DNA of 63,467 bases, filler included, from Octopus bimaculoides (lineage: Eukaryota): the NCBI RefSeq assembly GCF_001194135.2. It is 5 parts of 5 records of this genome, joined end to end, with 100 filler letters (N's around TTAATTAATTAA, not from the genome) between each part and the next. Parts side by side here need not be neighbours in the genome. Positions count along the whole stretch, not along the records: positions 61,357 to 63,467 come from NW_026419726.1; 4 more parts are not named here. One strand, 5' to 3'. Position numbers and translations under genes: made by a program. This document shows, piece after piece, positions 61,357 through 63,467 of the stretch (position 1 is its first letter; each line of letters begins with the position of its first letter). The notes beneath the pieces are model-generated. The model made no database searches. It saw only the letters and a list, made by a program, of their open reading frames with translations, and was not told the DNA's origin.

Positions 61357-61677
61357 TGTGTGTGTGTGAGTGTAGTAGTGAGGATGTATGAGAGTCTATG
61401 TATGGGAGTGTGTGACAGTATCTGTATATATGTATGCGTGAAGCTGTGTCAATGAGAGAGAGAGAGAGAGAGAGAGGGGTGAGAGAGAGAGACAGATGGA
61501 GAATTATGAGTGTGTGTGTATGTGTGTGAATGTGTACGTTTCTGTGTTTGTGTTGAGTGTGTGTGTGTGTGTGCGCGCGCGCGTGCATGCGTCGGCTGTT
61601 TTGCCTTCCAGAAAAGGATTTTGTCAGATTAAAGCGGAAATGATTGCCACAGCCAATACATAAATATATGTATAATG

Positions 61678-61706
61678 ACAATAATAACAATAATAATAAT
61701 AATAAC

Positions 61707-61757
<51 letters not shown>
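61678..61757. repeat. (AAT)n microsatellite
   Basis: Direct reading of the sequence. Confidence 0.95.
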
Positions 61758-61892
61758 CGAACAAATATGTAAAAGCATACTTCGAGTGGCTTTAATTCTA
61801 AATTACTCTTTAAGCCTGCATGTCACCCGATATTGGTGTGGATTGACATGAGTGTATACGTACGTACGTATGTATGTATGTATGTATGTATG

Positions 61893-62190
61893 TTCGTGTA
61901 AAACAAACCTCATCCAGCTATTCTGATTATATGTCTGTGCACACGTTTGAATGTGGTGTGTGCCAGAGGGCTTGCAAATCCAATGGGGGTCTTAAAAGAC
62001 ATGTTAGGATCCACAATGAGCAGAACTTACTTGCAGGTATTGGTAGTGCAAATCAGAGGTGCAATCTGTGTGGGTGTTTTTTCAAAACATTGTCTGGTTT
62101 AAAAAGCCACATCAGACGCCATGAACGGGCTAAGGTGTAGGTGCAGGAGGTGGTCAAACTCTGTTTAAGGAGTAGACAACCACCACCATA
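61893..62190 (+). mobile_element. 5'-truncated LINE 3' end encoding two intact C2H2 fingers
   Basis: FECGVCQRACKSNGGLKRHVRIH and QRCNLCGCFFKTLSGLKSHIRRH, stop at 62140. No TGEKP linker, no splice acceptor, flanked by microsatellites, tail shared with 18690 and 19075. Confidence 0.7.
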
Positions 62191-63110
62191 TGTTCGTATA
62201 TATATATATATATAAACAAATAGTAAATGGGTATATGCATATATACGTACAGGTATGTGCATACCGACATCCACCTGTATGTATAGGTGCATATCTGGGT
62301 ACAGGACATTGCAAACAAACGAAGACGAGAACACACGAGCCACATAGAGAACATTCTCCTTCATCAGCTNNNNNNNNNNNNNNNNNNNNNNNNNNNNNNN
62401 NNNNNNNNNNNNNNNNNNNNNNNNNNNNNNNNNNNNNNNNNNNNNNNNNNNNNNNNNNNNNNNNNNNNNNNNNNNNNNNNNNNNNNNNNNNNNNNNNNNN
62501 NNNNNNNNNNNNNNNNNNNNNNNNNNNNNNNNNNNNNNNNNNNNNNNNNNNNNNNNNNNNNNNNNNNNNNNNNNNNNNNNNNNNNNNNNNNNNNNNNNNN
62601 NNNNNNNNNNNNNNNNNNNNNNNNNNNNNNNNNNNNNNNNNNNNNNNNNNNNNNNNNNNNNNNNNNNNNNNNNNNNNNNNNNNNNNNNNNNNNNNNNNNN
62701 NNNNNNNNNNNNNNNNNNNNNNNNNNNNNNNNNNNNNNNNNNNNNNNNNNNNNNNNNNNNNNNNNNNNNNNNNNNNNNNNNNNNNNNNNNNNNNNNNNNN
62801 NNNNNNNNNNNNNNNNNNNNNNNNNNNNNNNNNNNNNNNNNNNNNNNNNNNNNNNNNNNNNNNNNNNNNNNNNNNNNNNNNNNNNNNNNNNNNNNNNNNN
62901 NNNNNNNNNNNNNNNNNAAGAGAAAGAGATAGAGTAGCGTCGGAGGATAGGAGTTTACGAAAACTACTTACATAACTCAGAGTAACGGTTTTTTTGTTAT
63001 ATTTCTGCTGCTTTTAAATAAAGTATATATATATATATATGCATATATACACACACATACACACAGAGGTACACATCCGGGTCTGTCTTGCATATATATG
63101 CACCACCCCA

Positions 63111-63160
<50 letters not shown>

Positions 63161-63334
63161 TTATATATATGTTTTCAGACACGTACGTATATATATGAGT
63201 GTATTTGTATGCGTATACGTGTGTATATATAAAATACTCCCTTATATTTTGCAAATGTACTCTTTTAATAATACGTCTTCCATCACAGGCCTTTATTTTG
63301 TTTCTCTCTCCCCCTCTCTCCAAATATATACATC

Positions 63335-63376
<42 letters not shown>

Positions 63377-63467
63377 CACGCACGCATACATACATACATA
63401 CATACACACATACATACACACATACACACGCATACATACATACATACATACATACACACACAAACAT

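Overview
Eukaryotic, AT-rich, gap-ridden and repeat-dominated DNA. There are no operons, rRNA genes, true tRNA genes or CRISPR arrays. The tRNA-derived SINE families and extreme microsatellite density look like an octopus genome (inference from memory, not a database hit). Four identical artificial 100-bp linkers (N44-TTAATTAATTAA-N44 at 23584, 51324, 59012 and 61257) split the window into five segments whose adjacency is not sequence-proven. Repeats present: (i) four tRNA-headed SINE families; (ii) LINE relics of RTE, Tx1/L1 and restriction-like-endonuclease (HERO/NeSL-like) type, including 3' ends encoding twin C2H2 fingers; (iii) IS630-Tc1-mariner relics: a mariner, two DD36E-spaced Tc1 copies, a full-length DD37D element and a ~200-bp mariner MITE family; (iv) Helentron/HINE-like elements; (v) Penelope-like termini carrying hammerhead-ribozyme motifs. 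The only host gene I can support is the 3' end of a + strand gene (exon 51882-52038, probable terminal exon 53344-53396, AATAAA at 53506). It encodes an unnamed Cys/Trp-containing module and has an unresolved splice-phase conflict. A CpG-rich promoter-like region lies at about 58240-58990. The most interesting signals are a type-I hammerhead fold with an intact core but an unusually long stem II (59352-59474) and three minimal hammerhead-like motifs with variant cores. Almost all ORFs in the supplied track are artefacts of N runs or microsatellites.
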